A stretch of DNA of 57,631 bases, filler included, from Squatina squatina (GCA_031763465.1; 4 parts of 3 records of this genome joined end to end with filler, not necessarily neighbours in it); one strand, 5' to 3'. Positions 1-12,009 are shown, counted from the first letter of the whole stretch. Numbers and translations are program-made. The notes: generated by a model not told the origin, from the letters alone.

Positions 1-64
1 ACTTTGCAGCAAGGGTACAAACTGGCATACCTCACTGACTTCTCAAGTCAAGATAGGTGACGGT

Positions 65-96
65 CACACACACACACGCGCGCGCGCGCGCACACA
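65..96. repeat. (CA)n(CG)n(CA)n alternating purine-pyrimidine microsatellite
   Basis: cacacacacacac-gcgcgcgcgcgcg-cacaca read directly. Confidence 0.9.
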
Positions 97-744
97 AACA
101 CACTGTATCAGAGGAGGCAAATTACGAATGTCACAGACAACTGGATACCATGCAATTGAAATGGGGCTTTTTTTCCACGCACTCCAACTAGTATGTTGTT
201 TGGTAATGAGGTGGGTGAGGCTGTGTAAAAAAAAACTGGTTCTTGTATTAAGCAAAAAAGTTGGCAGCTCAACAGGGACAGCCAGTTTGGTTGGAATCCT
301 TCACCCGCCTAATCCGCGCTGCCATCGCCAATTAAAGAGCTGATTGTGCCCTGTGAAGCATGTTTTATTTATTATTAATATAAAGCCCCAGGCAAGAGCC
401 CTGTCTGGGGATCAGTAGTATCGGACCAAACCAAAGGAGCGATGGGAACTAAAGTAAAGAGGGGTCAGTGGGTAGCACTCTCACTTCTGAGTCAGAAGGT
501 NNNNNNNNNNNNNNNNNNNNNNNNNNNNNNNNNNNNNNNNNNNNNNNNNNNNNNNNNNNNNNNNNNNNNNNNNNNNNNNNNNNNNNNNNNNNNNNNNNNN
601 CAGGCCTCTGGATTACTAGTTCCATAAATTAATCCACAGCGAGGAAACTTTAATTGAACCCAAATAATAGGTGGGAAAGTATCAGTGCATTTTCTCACAA
701 CGCACCTTTCATGACTACAGGCAAGACAAGCACCTCCATTATTT

Positions 745-950
745 GAGAATGCTACAGCACAGAAGGAGGCCATTCAGCCCATCATGCTCTTTGGTACAGC
801 TGTCCAATTAATCCCACTCCACATAGCCCTGCATATGTTTTCCCTTCAAGTACTTATCCAATTCCCATTTGAAAGTTACTGCTGAATCTGCTTCCACCAC
901 CCTTTCAAGCAATGTATTCCTGATCAGAACAATTCGGCGAGTAAAAAAAA
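745..950 (-). mobile_element. CR1-type LINE 3' end fragment
   Basis: Same 3' sequence (acagcacagaaggaggccattc...gaatctgcttccaccaccctttca) as the copies at 8872-9110 and 54720-55110. Confidence 0.7.
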
Positions 951-1268
951 AAAAGATTGCTCAAGTTGCCTGTTTCTTTTGACAGTCAGTACCCAGAACT
1001 GGTAAAAGAAGCAATGAAAGTGCTGCTACCTTTCCTAAACAACATACATTTGTGATACCTATGACAGCAATGAAGACAAAGTACAGGTCCCATCTGGAAG
1101 TGGAGAATGATTTATGAGTGTCACTGTCAAACATCATACCAAGGATAGACAAGACTCTGCAGTGAGAAGCAGGCACACCCATCTCACTGATATCTGTAAG
1201 TAAATACTCATTTTCTTAAAAGCATCATTAAAACACTTTCAGCACTTTCATATTCTGAGTATTACATA

Positions 1269-1469
1269 GGGCCTGAAATTGCGATCTCCCCGGGTGGGAA
1301 CGATGTTCCCATGCACCCGGGGAAACATTGCAAAAGCCGGTTATGGGGCTGCCAATCATAAGCCTGCATAACCGGCATTTGCGATCTGTCCAGACAGATC
1401 CAGCACCGAGGCTGGGAAGCCCATCCCCAGCGCTGAGCTTTGCGATATTGTTGCAAAGTTTTCTGCTGG
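1269..1469 (+). mobile_element. Terminus of a non-autonomous DNA transposon (Harbinger-like)
   Basis: gggcctgaaattgcgatctccccgggtgggaacgatgttccc is nearly identical to the reverse complement of 46213-46291; superfamily assignment is inferred from the GGG-n-GAAATT terminus. Confidence 0.55.
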
Positions 1470-2564
1470 NNNNNNNNNNNNNNNNNNNNNNNNNNNNNNN
1501 NNNNNNNNNNNNNNNNNNNNNNNNNNNNNNNNNNNNNNNNNNNNNNNNNNNNNNNNNNNNNNNNNNNNNTGTACTGCTCCATCATCATCTCCCAGCAGAG
1601 AGCTCAGAAGTAGCCCCGCAAGGTCAGGGACTCGTGGCACGTAGTGGAGAAAAGGGATTGGGATTATTAAAATTGGGACTTGTATGTAGTTCTCTACTCT
1701 TTCCGCATCCCAGTACTGTATTGCACGGGCTCCGATAAAGCCCCGCTGCTGCTCTGGGATCTGGACGCGGGATCAGTCAATTGTGGCCCAGCACCACTTC
1801 TTCACGAGAGAAGAGGCACCAAGGATCCTCTGGTACTTGACCCAAGTTGCTATTCACATCAGTCCGGAGGAAGTGCAGGCAGGTTATTCGACCACACAGT
1901 CCCAACATTAAATCTACACATCTGGTGCTTATACTTAGACCCCATTAGATAGAGAGTTTCAAGATGCTCAGTCAGCCTATCTGAAGGAGAAATTAGCTAG
2001 GGAATAACCAATGCCTTGCCCTTCCTCAATTTAACACCCACCTTACTAGGTCAGGAATGGAGCAGCACTGAAAAACAAGATGCTTAAAATATATCTTGAT
2101 TGGAATCAAATTATAATCTTATATCTTTCCCAAAACCAACAATTTGTACCTTCCATCCACCCTCTTCCCCATGAAAGTCAGACTGGACTTGTATAGCAAT
2201 TCTTAAAAGTAAAACAATAAGATAATTATACTTTTAGGAAAAGGTAGGCCTGTCATCAGAACTGTGGTTTCGCAACCAGCTGATATGAATGTGGAATCAC
2301 TTTCACTGAAATACTTCCTTATTGCTTCTCATACGGTGGAATAGTTAACACCAGACATCCTGTAGTGTGACAGAAGGTATAAAACAGTCAGCGTAATGTT
2401 ACCTTCAGACAAGGAACAAAGAAAGTAGCCTCAACATACAGCTGCTTGCATTTCGTAAGATAGTTATCAAAGTAGTCAGATAGATTAAAATAAAAGTAAA
2501 CTCAGGTAAAACCCGGCCGCAAGACCAGTCTCATTCGCTGCTGCTCACTGTCTGCATGGCCCCT

Positions 2565-2848
2565 TCAACCCAATGACACCTTTGCTTCGTCTTCGGTCGC
2601 TGAGGAATCACGCGAGGTTGTGCTTTCATCTTGCGGTGGGCGCTCTTCGCGATCCTCCAGTGGAGACTCCGTGCGGTGGGTATCTGCGTGCATATCCGGT
2701 GACATTTCAGCGGAGGCGGGAAGCGAGGGGTCAGTCAAGTCCGAGATCGACGAGAGATCCTGATCCAGTTCTTGCTCCGGCGATGAAGCAGCATGCGGCA
2801 CTGCACCGACAGACGTTAGATCCTCAAGCACAGCTGCGTTAGCCTGGT
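2565..2848 (-). CDS. Probable last coding exon of an unidentified gene (acidic, Ser/Pro-rich C-terminus)
   Basis: Acceptor ctgcccttttctttttaaatag at 2849-2870, then 93 open codons QANAAVLEDLTSVGA...EDEAKVSLG and TGA; CpG-rich and codon-like against AT-rich flanks. Confidence 0.6.
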
Positions 2849-3464
2849 CTATTTAAAAAGAAAAGGGCAGACACACATACATATACAGACTCATTGTAAG
2901 TCAGTCAGGTAAATTCACTACTGACAGACAGAATTAATGTTCCGCACTGAATCTTCATCTTCCCTGCATTAGATTTGTTTCAAAGCAACAAATGAGCAGC
3001 GAATGCCTTTTCAGGCATAACCACTGGCAACATAATGCAATTTGAGAGACAGCTAGAATGAAGAGCTGGGGAGCAGTAAATTCATGGCATTTGAATTAAT
3101 CTGCTAGGCAATGCGACTTGCATCTCGTCTGCCAGATTTAAAATATAGTTTAGGAAACACAAACAAAATATATTTTATAAACACTCTCTGTGCACATCAC
3201 TGTCTGACACTCCAATTACAAAACAGTGAAACTATGCACTCAAAACTGGAAACTGAATATTGATTACTTAAAAAAATGACACGCAAATATAATGCACATA
3301 TACCCATGACACCTGCAGGAAAATGCTGAGGGCAGGATCAGGTTTGGCTGTGATGCCACTGTGGNNNNNNNNNNNNNNNNNNNNNNNNNNNNNNNNNNNN
3401 NNNNNNNNNNNNNNNNNNNNNNNNNNNNNNNNNNNNNNNNNNNNNNNNNNNNNNNNNNNNNNNN

Positions 3465-3572
3465 TGTGAGTTTGGGAGGTGCTGCCGAAGAAGCTTTGGT
3501 GAGTTGCGGCAGTGCATCCTGTAGATAGTACAGACTGCAGCCACGGTACGCCAGTGGGTGGATGTTTAAGCT
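3465..3572 (-). mobile_element. CR1/L2-group LINE, ORF2 C-terminal fragment
   Basis: Encodes HWRTVAAVCTIYRMHCRNSPKLLRQHLPN, the post-RT region of this LINE type. Confidence 0.65.
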
Positions 3573-4304
3573 GGTAACTGAATAGAGTCCACGATAGAGT
3601 AGGTTATATACGGTCTATGAAAAGAATGAGCTTAATGATATAAATGTCCATTGTTTCATGTTTTATTATGTGGTAATTTGCTGGTAGGATCTAGTGGTAG
3701 AAATAGAGGGGTCAAGAAAGCGGTAGCCAGCAACCGTTGCACTGAAGCGTACAATTTGCCTGATGTCTAGTGCATCTCATTGGTGCCAGCCATCCCATAG
3801 TACGCTGGGAGCCAACATTCTGGCAGTGCACTAGGCTCATTTCGGCCACAATACTTATCCTTACTACGGTTAGAGTCCTATCATTGTCCCCCAAAGTGCT
3901 GCAGTATCCTGTAGGCCTGTGTTTTATCATTTAAGTCCTGTGTTTTGACAGTGGCAGAATCTGGACTGCAACTGTTTCAACTGCTGCCTATCCTTAACTC
4001 CAGTTTGAATTATATTATGAGTGCTCCCTTCAGTCTCAGCTGCAAGGACAACCTCTGTCTCCTCTGCTGAGGCAATCTGCCAAGATACTAGAGCCAGTGG
4101 TTAAGGCAGCCCCTGGGATTAAGGAAGTTCTGTACATTATGGCCAAAATTAGATACCTGTCAGGTAAGATGATTTTGGTAATAGCTATGGATNNNNNNNN
4201 NNNNNNNNNNNNNNNNNNNNNNNNNNNNNNNNNNNNNNNNNNNNNNNNNNNNNNNNNNNNNNNNNNNNNNNNNNNNNNNNNNNNNNNNNNNNGGAGTAGA
4301 GCTA

Positions 4305-5392
4305 ATCTACAGGATGAGCGGGAAACTGTTCAACCTCCGACGCCTCCAGTCCAGAACCAAGATCACTCCAACCTCCATCATAGAGTTGCAGTATGCAGAC
4401 GACGCTTGTGTGTGTGCACACTCAGAGGTTGAGCACCAAACCATTGTTCGATTCATTCACTGAGGCATCCGAGAGAATGGGCCTTATGTTAAACATCTGA
4501 AAGACAAAGGTCCTTTACCAACATGCCCCTGCCGCACATCACTACCCCCCCCCCCCTCCTGACTATCAAGACCTACGGTGAGACCTTGGACAACGTGGAC
4601 CACTTTCGATACCTTGGGAGCCTCTTTTCAGCAAGGACAGACATCGACGATGAAACCCAACACTGCCTCCAGTGTGCCAGTGCAGCCTTCAGACACCTGA
4701 GGAAAAGAGTGTTTGAAGATCAAAACCTCAAATCCGGCAGCAAGCTCATGGCCTACAGGGCAGCAGTGATATCCGCCTTCCTGTATGCGTCGGAGACATG
4801 GATAATGTACAGCAGACACCTCAAAACATTGGAGAATTTTCACCAATGTTGCCTCCGCAAAATCCTGCAAATCCGCTGGCAGGATAGTCACACCAATATC
4901 AGTGTCCTCTCTCAGGCCAACATCCCCAGCATCGAGGCAATGACAACACTCCATCAACTGCGATGGACGGGCCACTTTGTCCGCCTGCCTGACACAAGAC
5001 TCCCGAAACAAGCACTCTACTCTGAGCTCTCTCATGACAAGTGATTACCAGGAGGGCAGAGAAAACTCTTCAAGGATGTACTGAAAAAATATAACATCCC
5101 CACCAACTCCTGTAAGTCCCTGGTCCAAGGCCGCCCAAACTGGAGAAGAAGCATCGTAAAGGCGCCGATCACTTCAAGCTTCTTTGACGGGAGCACATGG
5201 AAGCTAAGTACATGCAGCGGAAGGAACGTGCGACAATCCGAGCATCCCATCCATTCGCTCCAGAAAACACCACCTGCCCCACCTGTAATAGAGTTTGTGG
5301 ATCCCATATTGGATGCTTAGTCACCTCAGAACCCACAACACTGGAGTGGAAGCAAGTCATACTTGATCCCGAGGGATTGCCTAAGAAGAAGA
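4305..5392 (+). mobile_element. RTE-clade LINE, decayed 3' portion (RT YADD to 3' tail)
   Basis: GKLFNLRRLQ...ELQYADD (YADD at 4392-4403), FRYLGS, LYASETW, QLRWTGH..RLPDTRLPKQALYSEL, C-terminal CPTC zinc finger, tail gcctaagaagaaga; contains stops and frameshifts. Confidence 0.92.
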
Positions 5393-5944
5393 TAAATGTT
5401 TAGCCGATGCACAGGAATGGATATTCCTGGACAGATATGGATAAGACAAGTAGTATAGAGACTAATATGAATAGGATGAGGAAAAGGTAATTATGCATTG
5501 TGTTCATAAGTAAGTTCTCGAGCTCAAATGGTGCATGTGATGAAAACTCAGGATCTAACTTACAGAATGTGGCTAGTGAGAATCAGGATGATTGCGCAGG
5601 AATGATCCTTATAAGGCTATATATTGTTCTTCAATAGTAATGGATGTAGAAGTGAGCCATAGGCTAATGAGTCAACTGATTCATTATCCCACTGCTTTCT
5701 CAATTACCTGGATTTTGCATCAAGAATAATGGTGAGGCTGCCAAAGCTCAGCATTATTATGAAATAAATTGGATAGCAACTTCCACTTTCACTGCCTCTG
5801 GAACATTTAAAGAAAAATCTAGATATTCTGGCAGCAAATTAAATNNNNNNNNNNNNNNNNNNNNNNNNNNNNNNNNNNNNNNNNNNNNNNNNNNNNNNNN
5901 NNNNNNNNNNNNNNNNNNNNNNNNNNNNNNNNNNNNNNNNNNNN

Positions 5945-6724
5945 AGGGCGGACACATGATGATGAAATCCAACGCTGCCTCCAACATGTTAGCACAGCCT
6001 TTGGCCGCTTGAAGAGTGGGTTTGAAGATAAAAACCTCCAAACCTGGCATCAAGCTCATAGTCTGCAGGGCAGCAGTGATACCTGCGCCGCCGCCGCCAC
6101 CCCCACCCTGGCTGTGTCAGAGACCTGGTCAATGTACAGCAGCCACCTCAAAGCACTGGAGAAATACCATCAACGCTGCGTCCACAAAATCCTGCAAATC
6201 CACTGGCAGAATAGGTGTACCAATGTCAGCATTCTCTCTCAGGCCAACATCCCCAACATTGAGGCACTGGTCACACTCAACCAGCTGCGTTGGGCAGGCC
6301 ACATCGTCCACATGCCTGACTGAAGACTCCCGAAACAAGCACTATATTCCAAGCTTCGTCACGGCAAGCGACTTCCAGGAGGGCAGAGGAAGCGCTTCAA
6401 GGACATCCTCAAAGCCTCCCTGAAAAAATGTAACCTCCTCACTGACTCATGGGAATCTCTGGCCCAAGACCGCTCGAACTGGAGGAGAAGCATCCGCGAA
6501 GGCGCCAACCACTTTGAGCGTCTCCGGAGGGAGCACATGGAGGCCAAGCACAGGCAGAAGGTGCACATGGAAACCCGAGCATCCCATCCACTCACCCCAT
6601 CAAATACCACCTGCCCCACCTGTGGTCAAGTTTGCGGATCCCGTATAGGACAATTTAGTCACCTCACAACTCCAGAGTAGAAATAAGTCTTCCTTGACCT
6701 CGAGGGACTGCCTAAGAAGAAGAA
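5945..6724 (+). mobile_element. RTE-clade LINE, second decayed copy
   Basis: SETWSMYSSHLKALEKYHQRC...QLRWAGHIVHMPD; same gagggactgcctaagaagaag tail. Confidence 0.92.
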
Positions 6725-6729
6725 ATGTA

Positions 6730-7265
6730 GAAACCCAGGGCTCATGCCTGAAATGGGTGTCAGGCCTAATGATTTTTCATGGTCCTTTCCTGAAATTGGG
6801 TTGCTATGAATGCAGGTGGTGTCATGCCTGCTGGGCTTAGGATCACCAAGTCTACATATGGCCTAATCAGCGGCCCTTAAAGAAACTGCTGAAGACCATG
6901 ACCAAAAAAGTAAGTTTAAAAAAAAAAATTCTTACCCTAATGTGGAACAGGAAGGAGCAGGAGTGCTCCACAACAGTCTCAAAGATCGTTACCGAATCCC
7001 CGATCGGGCCCTTCTCAAACACCCCTCCCACCATCTCAATCGCCCCCCTCTCCTCCTGATCACTTCCTCCTAATCGATCCGATCCCCCTTGCTTCACTGC
7101 GGAACTGCATGGGGACATGCAGCAGGGGCCCACTGCTCAGCGGTTTAATTTAAATGAGGAACAAGGCCCAATATTGAATGAGACCCAGGCCCACCTATTC
7201 CGGCTCAGAGGATTGCTCCTTGTGTTCAGTTCATGCCAGCAGGCTGTGCTATCCAATTTCACCCC
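6730..7265. mobile_element. Probable non-autonomous DNA transposon remnant
   Basis: Ends in ccaatttcacccc, similar to the aatttctccccc terminus at 40386; C-rich interior resembles 29133-29386. Confidence 0.35.
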
Positions 7266-8512
7266 AAGCGCTCTCTAATCCATAGGAACAATTNNNNNNN
7301 NNNNNNNNNNNNNNNNNNNNNNNNNNNNNNNNNNNNNNNNNNNNNNNNNNNNNNNNNNNNNNNNNNNNNNNNNNNNNNNNNNNNNNNNNNNNNNNNNNNN
7401 NNNNNNNNNNNNNNNNNNNNNNNNNNNNNNNNNNNNNNNNNNNNNNNNNNNNNNNNNNNNNNNNNNNNNNNNNNNNNNNNNNNNNNNNNNNNNNNNNNNN
7501 NNNNNNNNNNNNNNNNNNNNNNNNNNNNNNNNNNNNNNNNNNNNNNNNNNNNNNNNNNNNNNNNNNNNNNNNNNNNNNNNNNNNNNNNNNNNNNNNNNNN
7601 NNNNNNNNNNNNNNNNNNNNNNNNNNNNNNNNNNNNNNNNNNNNNNNNNNNNNNNNNNNNNNNNNNNNNNNNNNNNNNNNNNNNNNNNNNNNNNNNNNNN
7701 NNNNNNNNNNNNNNNNNNNNNNNNNNNNNNNNNNNNNNNNNNNNNNNNNNNNNNNNNNNNNNNNNNNNNNNNNNNNNNNNNNNNNNNNNNNNNNNNNNNN
7801 NNNNNNNNNNNNNNNNNNNNNNNNNNNNNNNNNNNNNNNNNNNNNNNNNNNNNNNNNNNNNNNNNNNNNNNNNCTTGTCCACAAACATTAAAGACTGTGC
7901 AGAACACCTCTGAAGGTTTCAAAGAAGTTATGCCGTACCTACAACTCTGAAAAGTATATTTTTGTTGCCAAACTAAATTGAGCAGGTAAACCTCCAGTAA
8001 CCTCAACATTTTTCTTCCAAACAAATAGATTGGAAATAAACTGCAACACTGATGTAACTGTTGGAAATCCTTTTTCAAAACTTGTTCTATAAAACCCATT
8101 TTTAGGAAGAGCGATTAAGACATAGAGAAACTGAATCAAAGGAAAGTTTAGAAAAGAGGTTGATGGCAGCAAAATTGGACATGGAATTCAGTAAGTACTT
8201 CAGCAAATATTTGTATGTTCTTGTACCAATAAAAGTTTCTATTTATAACATTGGGATATAGCGTTTAGGGATGTGAATGTTGGGAGCTGATTTTAGCAGC
8301 AAGAATGTTGGGAGCTGGTACACTGATACAAATTTGGCACTGCAAAGCAGAGGGGAATGGATGGGTGAGTACAACACTTGGGTGTTCCTCTAACTACACT
8401 GTAGAATTTTTATTTTGGAGGGGTAATAAATCTGGAATTAGAACAAGACCAGAATTGTAAACCGGCTGAACAGTGTCTATGGCTGATCTTTGTATATATT
8501 TCTGTTTTGCAG

Positions 8513-8598
8513 GTAAAGAGCCTGGTATATTTGATAAAGTATTAATTAATGATAATTTAGAAGACGCCTATTCTCAGTTGAGATCGTTTCTTAATGAG
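8513..8598 (+). CDS. GUK1: Guanylate kinase, penultimate coding exon
   Basis: ttttgcag|GT AAA GAG...AAT GAG|gtgag; KEPGIFDKVLINDNLEDAYSQLRSFLNE resembles vertebrate GUK1 [28 protein letters not shown]. Confidence 0.9.
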
Positions 8599-8871
8599 GT
8601 GAGCTAATTGCAGATCAACCTGCATATTTGATTGTTGGTGAGAACAATGACCTGCTCGTGCTTTTGAACTTTTTCGTTATTATACTGTGTGGCCATTTAA
8701 CACCAATGGGAGCAAAAGAGTTTATTGTAAACTTCCTGTAAAACCAACTGGATGATCACTGCTTGATTTTTTTTTAATCAATAAAAAATTAGGGTATAGT
8801 GCAAAGTGAAAAGCTAACAGTTTGATCACATTTATTTTTGTCAGTTTGGCTCTTTCTCGTCTTTGGATAGT

Positions 8872-9110
8872 ATAGAATGGTTATAGCACAGAAGGAGGCC
8901 ATTTGGCCCGTCGAGCCTGTGCCGGCTCTCTGAAAGAGCACTTCAGCTAGTCCCACTCCCCCGCCCTTTCCCTGTAGCCCTGCAAATCTTTTTTCCTTCA
9001 GGCACTTATCCAATTCCTCTTAAGCTGCAATTGAATCTGCTTCCACTACCCTTTCAGGCAGTGTATTCCAGATCATAATCACTTGCTGTGTATATAAAAA
9101 AAAAAGTTTT
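8872..9110 (-). mobile_element. CR1-type LINE 3' end fragment (in a GUK1 intron)
   Basis: gaagagcacttcagctagtcccactcccccgccctttccctgtagccctgcaaat is shared with 54720-54775. Confidence 0.8.
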
Positions 9111-9119
9111 TCCACAAGG

Positions 9120-9305
9120 ATCTGAGTTCAAACTTGAGCAAAAGTTAGCACATTCCGGTGCTGACTGATGGACTGCTGCATTGCTGGAAATGAAACAAAA
9201 CAAGATAATAAAACAAAGCCTTGCTTGCTTATACCCATGGTTCAGGTAGGATGTTAACAGTCCCTTGGCACTATTTGAAGAGGAGCAGGTTCTCAGTGTC
9301 CTGGT
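9120..9305 (+). mobile_element. Degenerate Deu-domain SINE fragment
   Basis: ggatgttaacagtcccttggcactatttgaagaggagcagg matches the SINE body at 11730-11770. Confidence 0.55.
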
Positions 9306-10166
9306 AAAGCTCCCTCCAAAAAGTGGTCCTTCATCTCGTTGCTGTTTTTGGGATCTTGCAGTGTGACTTGGAGGTGATGGTGTTGCTGCTCATCCTCCTT
9401 GGTGATTGCAGGGCTGCAAAGTACCCAAATAATTAATAGCCTATTTCCAAAGTTTTGTAACTTGATTTTCAGCATTTCCAAGATGTACACAAATGGATTT
9501 TGTTCTACAGATAGAAGTTGTGAAATGTTTTGCCTTCAAGGCCCAGATTCTGGAAGGTTTCACCGGCAAAAACTGCAGGCTGGTCGATGCACTCGATGCT
9601 GAACGGTCAGCCATGGTGAGCAGCTGGCCATGCATCAAACTATTGGAGGGGAGGGAGGGGAGAAGGAGGAATATTTTTATCAATGAATTATTCGAGAAGA
9701 CCATGATGGGGGTCAGAGTAGGAGAGGTGATCCCCGTATCTAGAGGAGGAGGATGGGTCTCTGCTCTGGTTAACGGCTTTAAGTACCCATTCTAACAGTC
9801 ATCTCTGCTCNNNNNNNNNNNNNNNNNNNNNNNNNNNNNNNNNNNNNNNNNNNNNNNNNNNNNNNNNNNNNNNNNNNNNNNNNNNNNNNNNNNNNNNNNN
9901 NNNNNNNNNNGTGGAGAGTGAGATGGATCTGTGCCATAACATGAGCTGCTGTCTTTGGGTAAGGAAGAAAAAACTGAAATAATTTGAATTGGGAGAAATG
10001 GTGTCAAACAGAGAATGCAGAGTCCCATTGGTTTACAGTAAGAAAGGAAACTGACTGAAGGTTGCTGTGAGCAATTCTGATCAATAAAAATATTTTGTAT
10101 ATTAGTTATGCATCACTGGTTTGTAAAGAAAAACTGCTTCCTTAATGCCTTTTTGTTTTGTTGTAG

Positions 10167-10199
10167 GAAATCCAAAAGGCAAAAGCCTTACAGAACTGA
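10167..10199 (+). CDS. GUK1: Guanylate kinase, last coding exon
   Basis: ttttgttgtag|GAA ATC CAA AAG GCA AAA GCC TTA CAG AAC TGA = EIQKAKALQN*, compare human EIKKAQRTGA*; phase 0 fits the previous exon; candidate AATAAA at 10802-10807. Confidence 0.85.
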   Translation, partial: EIQKAKALQN

Positions 10200-11084
10200 A
10201 CTAGTCCTGAACTCCATTCCAGCAAGAAATACTATCCTTCTATTCCAGCAACTTGTACTAAGTAGAATGAAAATTTCTAAACAAAACATCCATGTATTTA
10301 TTTGTTATCTTAACATCTGTTTTATAACTTTATTTTTGTGTTGGGTCTGTTTTTATTGAACTGGCATTCCATTTTCTAAGCTTTGTTGAGAGAAAATTCA
10401 TGGCTTTACTGTCTTTAGTATAATGAGGCATCGCCTGTTGCTGTCGTGTTTTGCGGAAAGTACTTGTGCAATTTTATAGCTTTTTTAAAGTATATATGGG
10501 ATACTAACTACAGTATCAATAGCAGTATGACACTCCAAACACATTACTGTTGTATCTTGCAATGTTTTTAATAGAGGAAAAAGTGATGATTGGACCAATG
10601 GAAGAAGTAGACTTGGCTCAAGGCCTTTTGTACCTGGATAATTTCCGAGAAAGCTGATTAATGCTATCCCACAAATTGTGTTGTATTTTTAGTGAATGTA
10701 TCAAAGTAAGGGGAGAAGAATTATTCTAATGAGGAAATGGTTTTTTAAAATTCTGAATTCCCCCTCAAACAAAATGACTGGTGTCTTTCTTTTTGGGGAT
10801 AAATAAAAGCAATGAGAAAAAGCTGCAATGTTGTGTGTATTCCATGATTAAAACTGACAGGACAGTTACCACAGTTCTGAAACAAAAACACAATACTAGA
10901 AGCATCTATGGAGAGAACTGACAGACAAGCCAATACTTCAGGTCTTGAAGATATTGCAGACTAACAGTATTTAAAAACAAAGGAGGAGAACACCTGCATG
11001 CACGCACACACTCACTCAAAAATAGAATGACCTGTTTAATTGGACAACAGGAGGTGGCTAAATGGCATTTGCATGTGATAATAC

Positions 11085-11252
11085 AAAGATGTTCCTGGGA
11101 TGTGGGTGTCACGGGCAAGGCCAGTATTTATTGCCCATACCTAGTTGCCCTTGAGAAGGTGATGATGAGCCGCCTTCTTGAACTGCTGCAGTCCTTGTGG
11201 TGAAGGAACTCCCAAAGTGCTGCTATAGGGAGGGATATCCAGGATTTTGACC
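11085..11252 (-). mobile_element. CR1/L2-group LINE 3' end
   Basis: gggatgtgggtgtcacgggcaaggccagtatttattgccc...gccgccttcttgaa is repeated at 35940-36015. Confidence 0.7.
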
Positions 11253-11254
11253 TC

Positions 11255-11335
11255 AATACGAGGAGCATTTGTAATAAGGTAGATGAATTAAATGCACAGA
11301 TAGCTGTTAACGGTTATGATATAGTTGGGATCACG
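11255..11335 (+). mobile_element. CR1 LINE endonuclease N-terminal fragment
   Basis: Translates NTRSICNKVDELNAQIAVNGYDIVGIT, the start of an APE domain. Confidence 0.75.
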
Positions 11336-11552
11336 NNNNNNNNNNNNNNNNNNNNNNNNNNNNNNNNNNNNNNNNNNNNNNNNNNNNNNNNNNNNNNNNN
11401 NNNNNNNNNNNNNNNNNNNNNNNNNNNNNNNNNNNAATAGCCAACTCCTGTTCGTATGTTTACTCATTTTTGGATGAAGGGGGCTGCTGCTGTGCAGATC
11501 TATAAATTAATCTAGATGAATGTTTTGCTGGGGAAGTTTGCTACTCAACAGG

Positions 11553-11977
11553 TGTTAGCCGTGGCTCAGTTGGTGGTACGCTCGTCTCTGAGTTAAACGG
11601 TTGGGTTCAAGTCCCACTCCAGAGACTTGAGCACAAAATCTAGGCCAACATTCCAGCGCAGTACTGAGGGAGTGCTGTACGGTCTTTTGGATAAGACGTT
11701 AAACCCAGGCCCTGTCTGACCTCTCAGGTGGATGTAAAAGATCCCATGGCACTATTTCGAAGAGCAGGGGAGTTTTCCCCAGTGTCCTGGTCAATATTTA
11801 TGCCTCAACTAGCATCACTAAACAAAATTATCTGTGGGACCTTGCTGTTTGTAAATTGTCCGCTGCGTTTCCTACATTACAACAGTGACTACACTTCAAA
11901 AGTACTTTATTGGCTGTAACGCGCTTTGAGACGTCCTGAGGTCGCGAAAGTCGCTATATAGATGTAAGTCCTTCATT
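11553..11977 (+). mobile_element. tRNA-derived Deu-domain SINE (SacSINE1-like), near full length
   Basis: Pol III A box TGGCTCAGTTGG at 11562-11573, B box GGTTCAAGTCC at 11604-11614, core ggtggatgtaaaagatcccatggcactatt, L2-like tail; several other copies in the window. Confidence 0.85.
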
Positions 11978-12009
11978 CTAATTGAGGGAAAAATAAAAGC
12001 AGGGCTCAC

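Noticed and set aside
7233-8099. Long ORFs in the track here and at 16641-17671, 21322-21840 and 32827-33718
   Set aside because: They consist almost entirely of N-gap codons
9493-9795. 100-aa ORF with an acceptor-like ttctacag inside the last GUK1 intron
   Set aside because: No recognisable homology, and the flanking GUK1 exons join in phase without it
11553-11625. tRNA gene (A and B boxes)
   Set aside because: It continues directly into a multi-copy SINE body; the same applies to 465-500 and 41268-41358, and 54250-54315 is probably another SINE head
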